A stretch of DNA of 64,000 nt. It comes from Phallusia mammillata. Lineage: Eukaryota. Location: contig OZ281494.1 in assembly GCA_965637545.1 (NCBI GenBank), forward strand, positions 16,616,001 to 16,680,000, in the 5' to 3' direction. Numbering within the stretch: position 1 is the stretch's first letter; each line of letters opens with the position of its first letter. The position numbers were made by a program, and so were the translations under genes. Positions 51,717 through 63,455 of this stretch are shown here, piece after piece. The notes beneath the pieces were generated by a model. It was given only the letters and a program-made list of their open reading frames with translations. It was not told the DNA's origin and did no database searches.

Positions 51717-53756
51717 GATTGTAACAAATGCTGTAGCAAAAACCTGTCAAAAATTTTATGATATTGTATTATGTTCACCTGCACCTTGACACAACATACG
51801 TAGTAACACATTATAGTCATATTATATATTTTCAAAACAATTTAGGGTAATACAAGTATAAACTTAAATTGGTGACTAAATTATTAACGTAACTGATAAA
51901 CTTGAAAAGCAAGGTTCAAGTAAAACAAATATACGTAAAAATTAAACATTCGTAAAAGTGCGAAGTACTTATCCTCCCTTTCCTCCCATGTCTGCTAATA
52001 TAGATTGGCCACCAGAACGTGACCCTGGGTTCTTAAGTTGTTTCTTTGTGACGTAGGGCATGCGTACGCTATTCTGTTGCGGGTCTCTCAGGAAGTCGGG
52101 ATATGACATAATGTATTGTAGAATTACCCAAGTCTGGCCCGGTCACCTCAACTATGTCGAATATACTGTAATGCTCTGCAGTCCTCAAAATAATGCTAAA
52201 ACAATATTTAAGTGGCTGGTTACACATTTTCACAATTCTGTAAAAATGAACCATTATCATTGGTTTTTAATGCATCATAAGCGCTGCTTGTTGACTGCTT
52301 AACTCTCTTTGTTTTAAAGTCCTATTCGCTCTGTGATCTGGGTTGTTCATACATTTATATGTAAACAAATTCGCGTTGTGTTTTTTTTATCAACTGCACT
52401 TGCTGCTTTTATAAACTTCAAAAGTAATCGACTTTCTAAAGGCGTGCTTATGAGATAAACAAATTTCGTGCAACAACAGCTGAAGACGCAATCCCGGAAA
52501 AGCTTCGCAACTTTTTTATTGTTGGTCACAACATGCGTAATGAGGTCACACACGGGGTCAATAGATAATGATACAGTGTGGTTGCCGTAGTTTGATCGCG
52601 CCAACAAACATGCAGTCACTGCGGTTTCGGCCTCAATCCGGGTGTTTCTTTTTTGTTTCTTGTTACAGTCAGAGAAACTACTTTGACTTAAATTTATTAA
52701 AGCACTGTAACGACGTATTGCTCGGATTTTTCAAACTCATAAGGAATAGGAAGATTTTGTGAAATTGTTTTTGTCGGTTGTAATTGGGCGACTACAATTC
52801 ATCCTTTAAAAATAATGAACGAGAAAGAAACGTTTGTAATATTACTGTTGATCGCTTTGGTTTTGGATATTTTATGACATGCTTAAAAACTGTACCTTAT
52901 GTTTGACCATCTATTTGCATTTGCTTTTGGATGTAAAATTAAACTGCACTTTTATGGCGTTTGTAGGGGTAACGAAACTTACGGCACAATTTTTGACCTA
53001 TTAGGTCTCATGTACTTTAGTATCAGTTGTTAAAAACCCTCAATCGACCGTTGTGCGAAATAAAAAAAAACACTGCAACTTTTGAATCTGAAAACTCTGT
53101 TTCAACCTCTATGTTTTTCAGCATGCCTTGATCAGTGAAAGCGAAAACCACTTTGAAGTCGGGCTTCGGTTAGGCATTGTTTGCGCAAAATGACACATAC
53201 AGTATTATCACTGCAGCTCTACGTACACAGGTTTATGACAAATCGGTTTTTCGTACTGGTTCTTTTCGCTTGACACTGGGTCAATGTAGTCGTAATGAGT
53301 AGATCCTGTTTCGGTTGTTGTCGGGGAATTTACGTACGATGTGTTGTTTGTGCCTGAAGTGCCCAATGGCGCTGCTGGCGGATTTTCTTTGGGCGCTTGT
53401 CTGACTTTAGGTGTCGCTGATGATTTTGTTGTTGGTAGTCTTTTACGCATTGCACGATTCCGACTGTTAATAAAGTTTTATGCACATTGACATTAGGATT
53501 AAGTTGCCACACCAAATGTATGCAGACACACATATGGTATTTAAGTAAAGTGGTTGTTTGGGAAGTGTTAAGGTGCTACAAAACTGGAACTGTTTACAAA
53601 ACTGTGCAAAAGCCCCTTTAAACCATTTTTTGTTGTGTTGAATGTTGACGTTTGTATTACATGTACCTTATTACGTACCTTTTCAATTGGATAATGATGA
53701 TGATCAAGATAAATACTAACACCAGGAGAATTCCAGATAATATTGATGTTGCCGTG
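50259..53756 (+). repeat. Segmental duplication block 2, copy A (copy B at 60762-64000)
   Basis: Colinear near-identity from agttatatttaaactaaaatgg to gatgttgccgtg, with small indels. Confidence 0.9.
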
Positions 53757-55412
53757 AATGCAGTCAATTCAACGCGATCTAATCATATAATAACAGTTAT
53801 TTTTTTTGTGTACCCTGACATATATAGTTAAATTTTACCCAGATATCGAGAAACAAAAATACCTGTTTCTGTGACTTCCTGTTCTATCGTGCTGCTTGGA
53901 ATCATCTCTGTATCTATGTGTAAAGCAGAAGTATTACTTTACTTTGGGTTAAAATCGTGTGGAAAAAACAAACAAATATTTTTTACTGCTTGTATATTTA
54001 TTAATCGTGTTATGCGTATCAGTTATATCAGTGGTTCCCAACCTATGGGTCGCGACCCAAAGTTGGGTCGCCTGAAGATTCTGTTTGGTCGCCTGTTTTT
54101 GTGACAATAAGAGATTTACTCTTTGACTTCGTTTCGTGGCGTTTTTCCCCAAGGCTTTAAATCAGGATTCTTCAACTGGGGCGAGTTCAACATTACTGAT
54201 TGTATGAATATGTAAGCTTACAAGAACTGTGAAACTCAGCTAACTTTATCTTACAAGCAGATGAAGTGTTTGAATTTATTGTGTTGACTGGCGATTGTTT
54301 GTGCTTTTTGTGATCTCGAGAGCAAGGTTGGGCATCTAATTAGCCACAGGAACTTGTTTCGGTTTCACATTTCCTATACAGGCTTAATAGTGCTTCCCAA
54401 ACTGCGTATTTGTATCATTCAATTTGGTAAATGTAGTGTAATTTGATGTTGAATGTATGATTCTCCTCTACCGAGTAATGCCCTATTGTTTCAACAAAAA
54501 AGGGCATTGTTTGCGCATAATTGTAATATTATTTTTTCTATGATGTAACAAACTGTTTTAAATTGTTGCTCCAAAATAATGTCAAGACAACTTGGCGTAA
54601 TAATGGTTAATTCTGTTTGTGACGTCATATTGGCTGATGATGCTTTGAGCCGACTCAAAGGTTCGCGCTTAATGGAAATGTTTTGTCGAAAAAACGAATA
54701 GTGTTTGTTTGATTTTTAAATTTTCCAAACTGGCGTAATAATTTTCGAAAAGCATACCTGATATATAGGCAAAATTTCAACCGAAATAATAAGAATGCGT
54801 ATCCATGGGTCGCGAGAATCCACAAAACAAAATTTTGGGAAGGATTTGGGTCGCATCAAAAAAAGGTTGGGAACCACTGAGTTATATAATATGGAACTGT
54901 GCCCAATTTTGACAACAAGACTATGACAGACGTCACGAAATTGGCATGATATATGTGTTTTGTACTAAACGCAGGGAACACCATCGCTAAACATGGGCGC
55001 AGCCTGTCACACCCACAATAGGCTAATTTTTTTCAAATTTAATCAAGGGTTGGAGTTGGAAACCTAAAACGAGAGACATACTCGATGCAGACAAACCTAT
55101 TTATATATTACAGTTTAACTTGCATTAAACGCAGATTCATACATGACACTTTTTACTACTTATAAAACAATAATGACGTCATTGTTTTTTGGTTCATTAC
55201 GTATATGGGTACCAATAAATAGTAAATTCATATTTACCTTTCGGACATTTAATAAAGGTATAATTAATTGCAGCGCCTCTGTAGTTTTGCCTCCTGTCAG
55301 ACCGGAAAAGCGCAATTCGGCATGCGCTGCGAAACACACCCGCTAAGCATCATGTTTTCCGAGGCAAAGGCGTAGCAGTTTTTTGGTTTGCTGTTTCCAC
55401 AGATACGCAAAC
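53208..55412 (-). pseudogene. R22: 3' half of a CUB receptor with class B tail; frameshifted CUB exon 2; native 5' exons absent
   Basis: CUB exon 55238-55412 is 175 nt, not a multiple of 3 (LRICGNSKPKNCYAF.. then ..FRSDRRQNYRGAAINY in another frame). Stalk at about 53870-53930; TM SILSGILLVLVFILIIIII; tail SYVNS, HYDYID, QYEKPICHKPVYVELQ*. Confidence 0.65.
54029..54879. mobile_element. Non-autonomous hAT element, 851 bp, in an R22 intron
   Basis: TIR cagtggttcccaacc / ggttgggaaccactg, perfect 8-bp TSD agttatat (54021-54028 and 54880-54887), and gggtcgc subterminal motifs shared with the 11245 element. Confidence 0.95.
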
Positions 55413-55571
55413 CTGTAAGTAAGTCAGTGTAAACAAAAAATAACAAACGTTTTTCATCATAAAATATGATTTGTTTCTGAATTTATTATTTCTATTATTG
55501 TATCAAAATGTTTGACCTTTAAGGTCTCTTTGGTGCAGATAGTTACATTGACCGTTTTGATTAGTGTATAT

Positions 55572-55881
55572 CAGAGTTGTAAACGGGCCGAAAAGTGGAG
55601 CCCGAACCCGAAAGTACAAGCCCGAAACCGGCCCTAACCCGAATCGTTTTATAAAGCCTGTTTAAGCCCAAAAGTTTATTTGACAAGCCTATAAATTGAA
55701 ACCTCAGGAAAGACTAAGACAACAAACACCACAGACATTTGGTCCTGTATGAACAAGGCAGGTTCAGCAACTTGCTACTTAGCTAGATAAATTTATATGA
55801 AAAAAAATACTGACACAGAGTGTAAAGTCAGGCCCGCTTTTTTGAAGAAACCTAAGCCCGAACCCGGCCCAAACCCGGCCC
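55572..55881. mobile_element. Truncated DNA-transposon end (hAT-like) with gcccgaacccg subterminal repeats
   Basis: Starts cagagttgtaaacgggccg and carries clustered cccgaacccg/ccggccc repeats at both ends. The matching right TIR is absent; the sequence abuts the first 5 nt of an R15-type exon. Confidence 0.6.
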
Positions 55882-56340
55882 GTCATCTTCTTATCAAAAA
55901 TGATTTTTAGTGTATGTGTATAGGTTTATAGCAATCACTTATTACCTACCGCTAAGTAGGGTGAGATGGTCAACGCATTGGCAAGTTGCCAACGTTCCAT
56001 TACAAAAACTTGGTCCATTCATTCTGGCTAGTTTTATGCAGTTGACAGTAATAAACAGAACGTCATGGTTGATAACTGGAAACTGCCAGTAACATGATTG
56101 TGCCTGGGATATAGTTACGGGTGAAGAGATCTTTCCTGACATGTTAGAAATCAAACCTGAACTCACATCACAAGGTAGAGTTGAACCTAAACCATAAAAT
56201 TGGACAATGTGTGCCGTCTTAAATATTCTGGGAACTGGTAAATGACAAAGTGTTTACTGCTTCTACATGAAGTAATTTTATGACTTACCTTGACTAAGTC
56301 CAATGCAACCAGCACAGCATAATACGAGAACTATATAAAC
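55882..56340 (-). pseudogene. R15b: 5' fragment of an R15 duplicate (partial signal exon, CUB exon 1, 5 nt of CUB exon 2)
   Basis: Aligns with 35277-35758. The start codon is replaced by the hAT element at 56341, and everything 3' of aag|atgac is missing. Confidence 0.8.
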
Positions 56341-57344
56341 CAGGGATGGGCAAACTTTTCAGTGCAAGGGCCGCATTCAAAAGTTTATAATCTTACCGGG
56401 CCGCATAGTATTTCACCGACGACCAATTGCTTGCTTGTTGTTTTGTTTTAAAACAACTGATGCAAAGAATAAGGTTTGTATCATATATATACCATTTAAA
56501 GTCGCCTAAAATGCTCTGATTAACAATTTCTGACTAGTGCATAAATTTAGCTCAACGGAGCTAACTGTTTATGACGTCATAAACTGTATTGTGACGATTG
56601 CAGTGCCTGTTTTTTCGCATTGTTTGCACGTAATAAGCGGATAAAAAGCCTGGCACATATGGTTACTAGACTGCTAATCTTTTTTTCCAGTCACACGAAA
56701 TCTGTTTTAGCAGTTTAAAAATCAAAATATTTAGCAAAATAGATTGCGGCCGCAGGTTGTGCACCCCTGCGCAAAATTATTACATAGTATATTTTCAGCT
56801 TTATGCAAATACGTTTGTTCATGACTGTACAAACATTGGTTGAAACGCTACAATTGTAATTGTTTCAAAAAAAAACAAGCGTTTGTTGCAACAAAGGCTG
56901 AACCACGTTTTTTGTTAATAAAATCCGAGTGCCAACATTAAACAAAAAGTACTGCAACGACCTAAACATGATCCAAAGTGACCAAAGTTTGGGCGTCAAC
57001 AGTGCAAAGTAGGCTGTTTTTGAAAACGTGAATCGCTTTTACTTTTATCGAACGAAGAAATTGTGTCAAGTGACGATTTGCATAATAACGTGGCAGAAAC
57101 AACAAGCTAAAGCACGTGAAAAGTATCTGTGTTCAGTTCCAAAGTATCGAACGGGTACAGATACTGCATATGGCATTGGTATCGGCAAGTCGCACCCCCG
57201 GTATTTATCGGCAAGTCGCACCCCCGGTAACTCTGCGCCTGTGCTCATAGTACTATTCAGCGTTACTGGGAAACATTTGGCGGGCCGCATAAACTCCTTT
57301 GGCGGGCCGCATGCGGCCCGCGGGCCGTAGTTTGCCCACCCCTG
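56341..57344. mobile_element. Non-autonomous hAT element, 1004 bp, without a matching TSD
   Basis: TIR cagggatgggcaaact / agtttgcccacccctg with gcggcccgcgggccg subterminal motif. The flanks differ (atataaac vs ttctatgg), and about 590 bp present in the paralog (35759-36350) are missing. Confidence 0.9.
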
Positions 57345-58012
57345 TTCTATGGCTTTGGTGGGTTGGTCACTTTACCATTTTCATTTAAGGTTTGGTGAAC
57401 ACAAAGTATCGCTATTGCCATGAGTTTAAACCATGGCGATTACTTTGTTTTGTATTTATACTTACCCTAGTATTTTACAATGTTTGTTTTTAACATCTTG
57501 CATATTTTTTTGTATTTAAAAGTTGTATCCATCTCCAGCATACAGGGTAAGGTTGAGGCTGTAGTTGGTTATACACATATCCTGAAAATATGCTACTTTC
57601 GAAGCGCCACACGGAAACTCTAATGCGGTCTAGTCAAATAAAGCATTCTATCATTATAGCTGTTGCGTAGTGTTTCTTGATGTTTCTTCCGTAGATACCT
57701 TAAAAGTTAAACACTGTATCAAGCTTCTGGGTCGCTTAAATCAGCTATTGTGTCGCAACGTTTTTTTGATAATCGTCTAAAACGCAACTAATTGTGACAA
57801 CCTTGGTATGTATTGGGTAAGCGAAAAAAAAACCGCACAACAAAAATTATATTTTTTTACATTTTAATATTTTTATGTACCTTTGCCAAATAATAAATGT
57901 TTGTGGTTGAGGCGAAATACGCAAGTTTATGACTTAAAACAATGTTTATGAGATGAAGAATTTAAAGATGTTACAGGGACAAGCCATGTCAAAACACACT
58001 TCATGTGTTTCT

Positions 58013-59669
58013 TTACTTCTTTTCCATGTATAGAATGTTGTCAACTTGTATTCTTTCGCTTGCAGATGGGGGCGAATTTTCTTCAGTCTCACCGATTTCG
58101 GAATACACAAGCGTTTCATCTCTTTTCGGTTTATGTATTTCAGCGTATTCCGAACTGTCACCTTGCTCAGTATCAGTTGACACAGTGACGGGCCTAGAAA
58201 ACGTCGAGGTTTCTTGTTGTGTTTCTACTTTCTTGTTGCTTGGAATTTGACCTGTTTGTCTCTTTTTTCTTGTGTGCTTACATCTGCACAAATTTGAAAA
58301 CGTGTAACATAGTGTACGACATAGTGGCAAGAAGTAAAAGACAACAAATGATTAAAGTACCTTAATAACATGATAATTATCACGACAAGCGCAGTTATTC
58401 CTACTGCAGCTGTGATGATTACGGTGATTTTTCTCGCATGTTTGCTAGAAGTTGCGGACATAGGTGTCGTTTCAGTCTGGCTGTCACTTTTGGTCGAATT
58501 ATAGGTGTACTTTGATGCTGCATTAGCGAAAGGATGTGTTACTGGTCGTATCATCTTAGTCCCGTATTTACGGCAACAAATAGGCCTGCGTTATAAATTA
58601 AACCAACGCCAAAGCGGTTGTTTAATGCTATTAAACAAAAAACCTTTTGGGTAACCTGGGTGTGAGTATTAAAAAATAGGTATGCAAAATGTATGACTTT
58701 ACAGAAATGATCAACCGACTGTAAACTTGATTTAAACTTTTGACAATTGAATTTTAAATATCGCCTGTACTTTTGAGAGTAGGATGGAAAGGCAACTGTC
58801 AAAAGATTAGGGTAAATATTTACAACCCTTTCCTAAATAATAAATACACTAATACTAAAATTTGTGCCAGTATTTAATTGATTTAATAGGCTTGGCCACC
58901 TAAAAAAACACGAGAATAAAAAAATAAAAAAAAGCATATAAGAATTACACTGCGGAATGCTTACCTGACTTTAATTTGAAATAATTCAGTTCAAATCCTG
59001 GTTGGTTGTTTGTAGCACTCGACAAAAACTTGATGTCATATGTAGATAAATTGGTTTTTAACAGCGATACCGTACTGCACTTATATTTATTTTTTCGTTT
59101 GGTTTGATTATGTGGGGTGTTTGGTGATCCCAATACAAAGCATATTTTGTTTTTTGTTTTCCCACACATGTACAGTCGGTTTTCTTTGTCGTCTAGAAAC
59201 ATAGCGTCTCACAAAAGGTGCACAAGTATCTTTTAATAATGTGGGAAACGTACCTCCTAGTATAGTAAAGTAATCTTCGCATTTACAAAAATTCAAACTT
59301 CCATTGCAAAACTGATTTTTCTCATCTTTTACAACTTCGAAATGGGTTATTACAATCATCAAAACTTCCTTATCAGGGTTCATCGGAAATTTCCATGTAC
59401 ACGATTGATTGGCAGGGTATGTCTTGTTTTCAAGTGCGTTAAAACCAGGTGAAGTAATTCGTCCATGTATGTTGTTTTCTACCTTCGCACTCACATTGCA
59501 ATTCTGACTGTTTGTTACACCTGAACAAACAAAACAAATTTGCGTGAAAACATCCCGATTTTCAGTCATAGAAACGCTTACTTGTAAGAACTACCATAAT
59601 CACTAATACTTTCAGGTGAGCTTTGTTTTCTCGAACGAAAAGTTTCCACGTTTTGTCAACAACCGTCAT
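58013..59669 (-). CDS. R23: duplicate of R16 with intact CUB exons and tandem-ITIM tail
   Basis: CUB exons are open (..MNPDKEVLMIVITHFEVV..). The TM is 5 aa shorter than in R16; tail SEYAEI, LVYSEI, VDNILY. The first stalk exon is partly deleted, so the reading frame across the stalk is uncertain. Confidence 0.65.
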
Positions 59670-60562
59670 TGCTTTAGTGGTCTTTGTTTTTGCTTTTATA
59701 CTTTCACCTTGTTGCTCACTGCTGAAACGCCGCTAAAAACAAGTATTTGACAATTATAAAGTTAAGGAAGACAAGTTTTGTAGTTTCATCACATTGTCAA
59801 AATTATTTCCGATTAGAGATGTTTCTACAAACGATTCATATTTAATCTGTTTAACCTCACCGTATTTTTCGTTACAACTGCTATTTAACCTACTGATAGC
59901 TGACTGCTGGAACATTTATGCGGAAACAGTGTGTAACTGCAGACAGTTCTGTGTAGGGTCAACTTCCGAACAATTCATTGAAATTTTGGACATAAGTTTG
60001 CCAAACCGCTTCATGGAAAGGGGTTGGTAAACATGTTTATTCTTCTAATGTCGTAGGAACATAGCTCTGTTTTACAGAAACAAATTTGTTTTGTTGCAAA
60101 CATCGTAGATTCCACTGCTAAAAATGGTGTCAAGTCAGCACGGATTGTTGTAAATAACATGAATGTTTTGTATGTCAAGTAGGGCAACCCTTTTTCAATT
60201 TTCCTCATTGTTATTAATGCAAGAAGCTTCTGAACAAAAGTTAATCTCACGATCACATTCTTCGTGATCTAACTCATTACTGCTGTCTTGTGTCTGCAAT
60301 ACCAATACACGCTGCTAACATGATACTGTTGGGTTACTGCTAACTTTGCATACCTTGCTTAAAATGCTTTGTGGTCGTGTAAGGATTTAAAGATAAAGTC
60401 CTTTATTAGTTTTGTAAAACGTGTATTGTAATACAATTTTTTTCACAGCACGAACCAAAACATAAATACACCGAAACGCATTTAAATCGAAAAATGCAGT
60501 ACATGAACAAAAACTACAAGTGGTACGATGTACCTAAAAAAAAACAGCTTTATAATACTTGA

Positions 60563-62217
60563 TCACTCCAAGTCCATGTATCCATAGTTTTTTAGGGGTA
60601 TTGGAATTTCGTAATCGCCGACTTTAGGCAATGTTTGCTGCGTAACATTGTTCTTTTGCGTGGCGGGTTGTTCGGTTCCTGACAATGTAACAACGTTTTT
60701 GAACTTGTTATTGTTAGCCACAAAATAATTTACCTGGGTTGGATATTACTTTTATAGTTATAGTTATATTTAAACTAAAATGGTTTAGTGTTGTTAGTTG
60801 CGTTGTCAGTTAAAACTTCGTTGTTTTTTAGCCAAACACAGTGATTTTTGGATGCACAATTTATTGCCAACATAGTTTGATCATAGGACGAAATTAATTT
60901 GCTTTTTTGTACCTACGTCGTTTTGTTCGTGCTGGCTTGTCGTTGCCCCTAAAACAGAATAACATGAACAAAAGTTGTACTAGATAAAATATTATTAGCT
61001 CCGACTTCCAAAAGTATATTTATTACATATTAGCAATCAATGCTGCAGCCTCGAAATTACGTTTTAAAATTAGGTGACTTACCTTATCATGCAACACACT
61101 AATATTACGATGGCTGCAATCGCCACTAATCCTCCCGCAACGATTCCAATTATTGCTTCCGTTCGTAATGAAGTTGCTTCTGGATTGGGAGCCAGCACTG
61201 AAACACACAAACATCACTTTGTTCTCATGACCGTTGTGTGCGTATTGAGTAATGTGGTTAGTGCAATATGAACTATTTTGTTGAATAAGGAGGAAGTAAA
61301 GAAGCGCTTTTTAAGAAGTTGGGGGTTTGATTGCTGTTTGCGAGCAAGTTTTGGCATGATAAACTTTCGACTTAGTGACTATAATATAAATCTGTCACAA
61401 TGGAAACTCGTGCATTTTGTGAAAAAAAAAACAAATAAAAAAACGCTTACCAGGACAGTCGGTCAAAGTGTAGTTCATTTTTAACACGACACCAGCCGGA
61501 GCGTTGGAGTAAATTGCTAGTGTGAACCAAGGATAATTTCCACTAAAGTTTTTCACGTTCATCCCCGGCAAGTGGCAAATACTGTTTGTGGATTGAAGGA
61601 CAAAGCACTCGGTGTTGTTTATGCTCATAGGCCCCATGTATGTCATTCTTTCAAACAAATGTATATTCTTTATACTGTAGTTTTTAAATTTAAAATTCAA
61701 CATTATTATGTTTAACGTAAAAACATTCTTTGTTTATATTGTTACTACGTAACTTCGATTTGAAAATAATAATCCTTAATCAATGACTCAACTACCAGCA
61801 CCTTTTAAAGTAATATTACAAAAATACAACTGTTACGGATAAGTTGTATACTCAAATATAATAATCAAACTTCAGGAAACTGACAAAATAAAGCCAGAAA
61901 ACCAACCTGATGGGAACTGAATTTTTGTGTTCTCATTTAGCAGTTCAATTTTGCCGATGAACACTAACTTAACGGACGGAAATGGGATATCTTGTATTCT
62001 AGTTAAGTTATATTGAGCATTGGTGTAGCTATACTCTTGGTCAAGGTTAAAGTCGCCGCATTGAAGTTGGGCTTGAGTTGTTCTTTGAAATAGAACCACT
62101 ACACATAGAAATAGTTAGTATGTTAATTACACTGCAGAGTTTACCTCATTTGCTTGATTACTTACCTTCTGCGATAAGAAGATAAAACTTGAGTGATTTA
62201 ATGTAACAGAAATTCAT
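60563..62217 (-). CDS. R24: chimera of R21-type ectodomain/TM with the R17-type terminal tail exon
   Basis: Exons 62166-62217, 61907-62098, about 61451-61648, 61081-61195 and 60917-60948 copy R21. The next downstream exon, 60563-60678, copies R17 and is in phase 1. The acceptor of the third exon has changed from aag to aaa, so function is uncertain. Confidence 0.6.
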
Positions 62218-63455
62218 GATTGTAACAAATTCTGTAGCATAACCTGTCAAAAATTGTATGATATTGTATTATGTTCACCTGCACCATGACACAACAAACG
62301 TAGTAACACATTATAGTAAAATTATACATTTTCAAAACAATTTAGGGTAAGATAAGTATAAACTTAAATTGGTGACTAAATTATTAACGTATAACCGATA
62401 AACTTGAAAAGCAAGATTCAAGTAAAACAAATATACGTAAAAATTAAACATTCGTAAAAGTGCGAAGTACTTATCCTCCCTTTTCACCCGTGTCTACTAA
62501 TATAGATTGGCCACCAGAACGTGACCATGGGTTCTTAAGTTGTTTCTTTGTGACGTAGGGCATGCGTACGCTATTCTGTTGCGGGTCGCTCAGGAAGTCG
62601 GGATATGACACAATGTATTAGAATTACCCAAGTCTGACCTGATCACCTCAACTATGCATTCCTCAAAATAATGCTAAAACAATATTTAAGTGGCTGGTTA
62701 CACATTTTCACAATTCTGTAAAAATGAACCATCATCATTGGTTATTAATGCATCATAAGCGCTGCTCTTTGACTGCTTAACTCTCTTTGTTTTAAAGTCC
62801 TATTCGCTCTGTGATCTGGGTTGTTCATACGTTTATATGTAAACAAATTCGCGTTATGTTTTTTTTTATCAACTGCACTTGCTGCTGTTATAAACTTCAA
62901 AAGTAATGGACTTTCTAAAGGCGTGCTTATGAGATAAACAAATTTCGTGCAACAACAGCTGAAGACGCAATCCCGGAAAAGCTTCGCGATTTTTTTTTAC
63001 AAAAAAGGAAGGATTTGTAAAATTGTTTTTGTCAGCTATAACTGAGTGACTTACAATTCATCCTTTAAAAATAATGAACGAGAAAAAAAGTTTGTAATAT
63101 TACTGTCAATCGCTTTGCTTTGGGATATTTTATGGCACGCTTAAACACTGTACCTTATGTTTTACCATTTATTTGCATTTGTTTTTGAATGTAAAATTAA
63201 ACTACACTTTTATTGTGTTTGTAGGGGTAACAAAACTTATGGCACAATTTTTGACCTATTAGGTCTCATGTACTTTAGTACCAGTTGTAAAAAAACCTCA
63301 ATCGACCGTCGTACGAAATACAAAAACTTTTGAATCTGAAAACTCAGTTTCAACTTCTGAGTTTTTCGGCATGCCTCATTCAGTGAAAGCAAAAACCACT
63401 TTGAATTCGGGCTATGGCTGAGCGTTGTTTGTGTAACATGACACATACAGTATTA

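Noticed and set aside
8395-52630. Runx-like AACCRCA/TGCGGTT sites upstream of several genes (about 8401, 28601, 36838, 43381, 52620)
   Set aside because: A 7-mer at this frequency is compatible with chance, positions relative to the ATG vary, and enrichment cannot be tested by eye.
51970-52640. ORFs at 52069 and 52347 as an additional receptor
   Set aside because: There is no consistent splice path, and the duplicate copy has frame-breaking deletions here, indicating no constraint.
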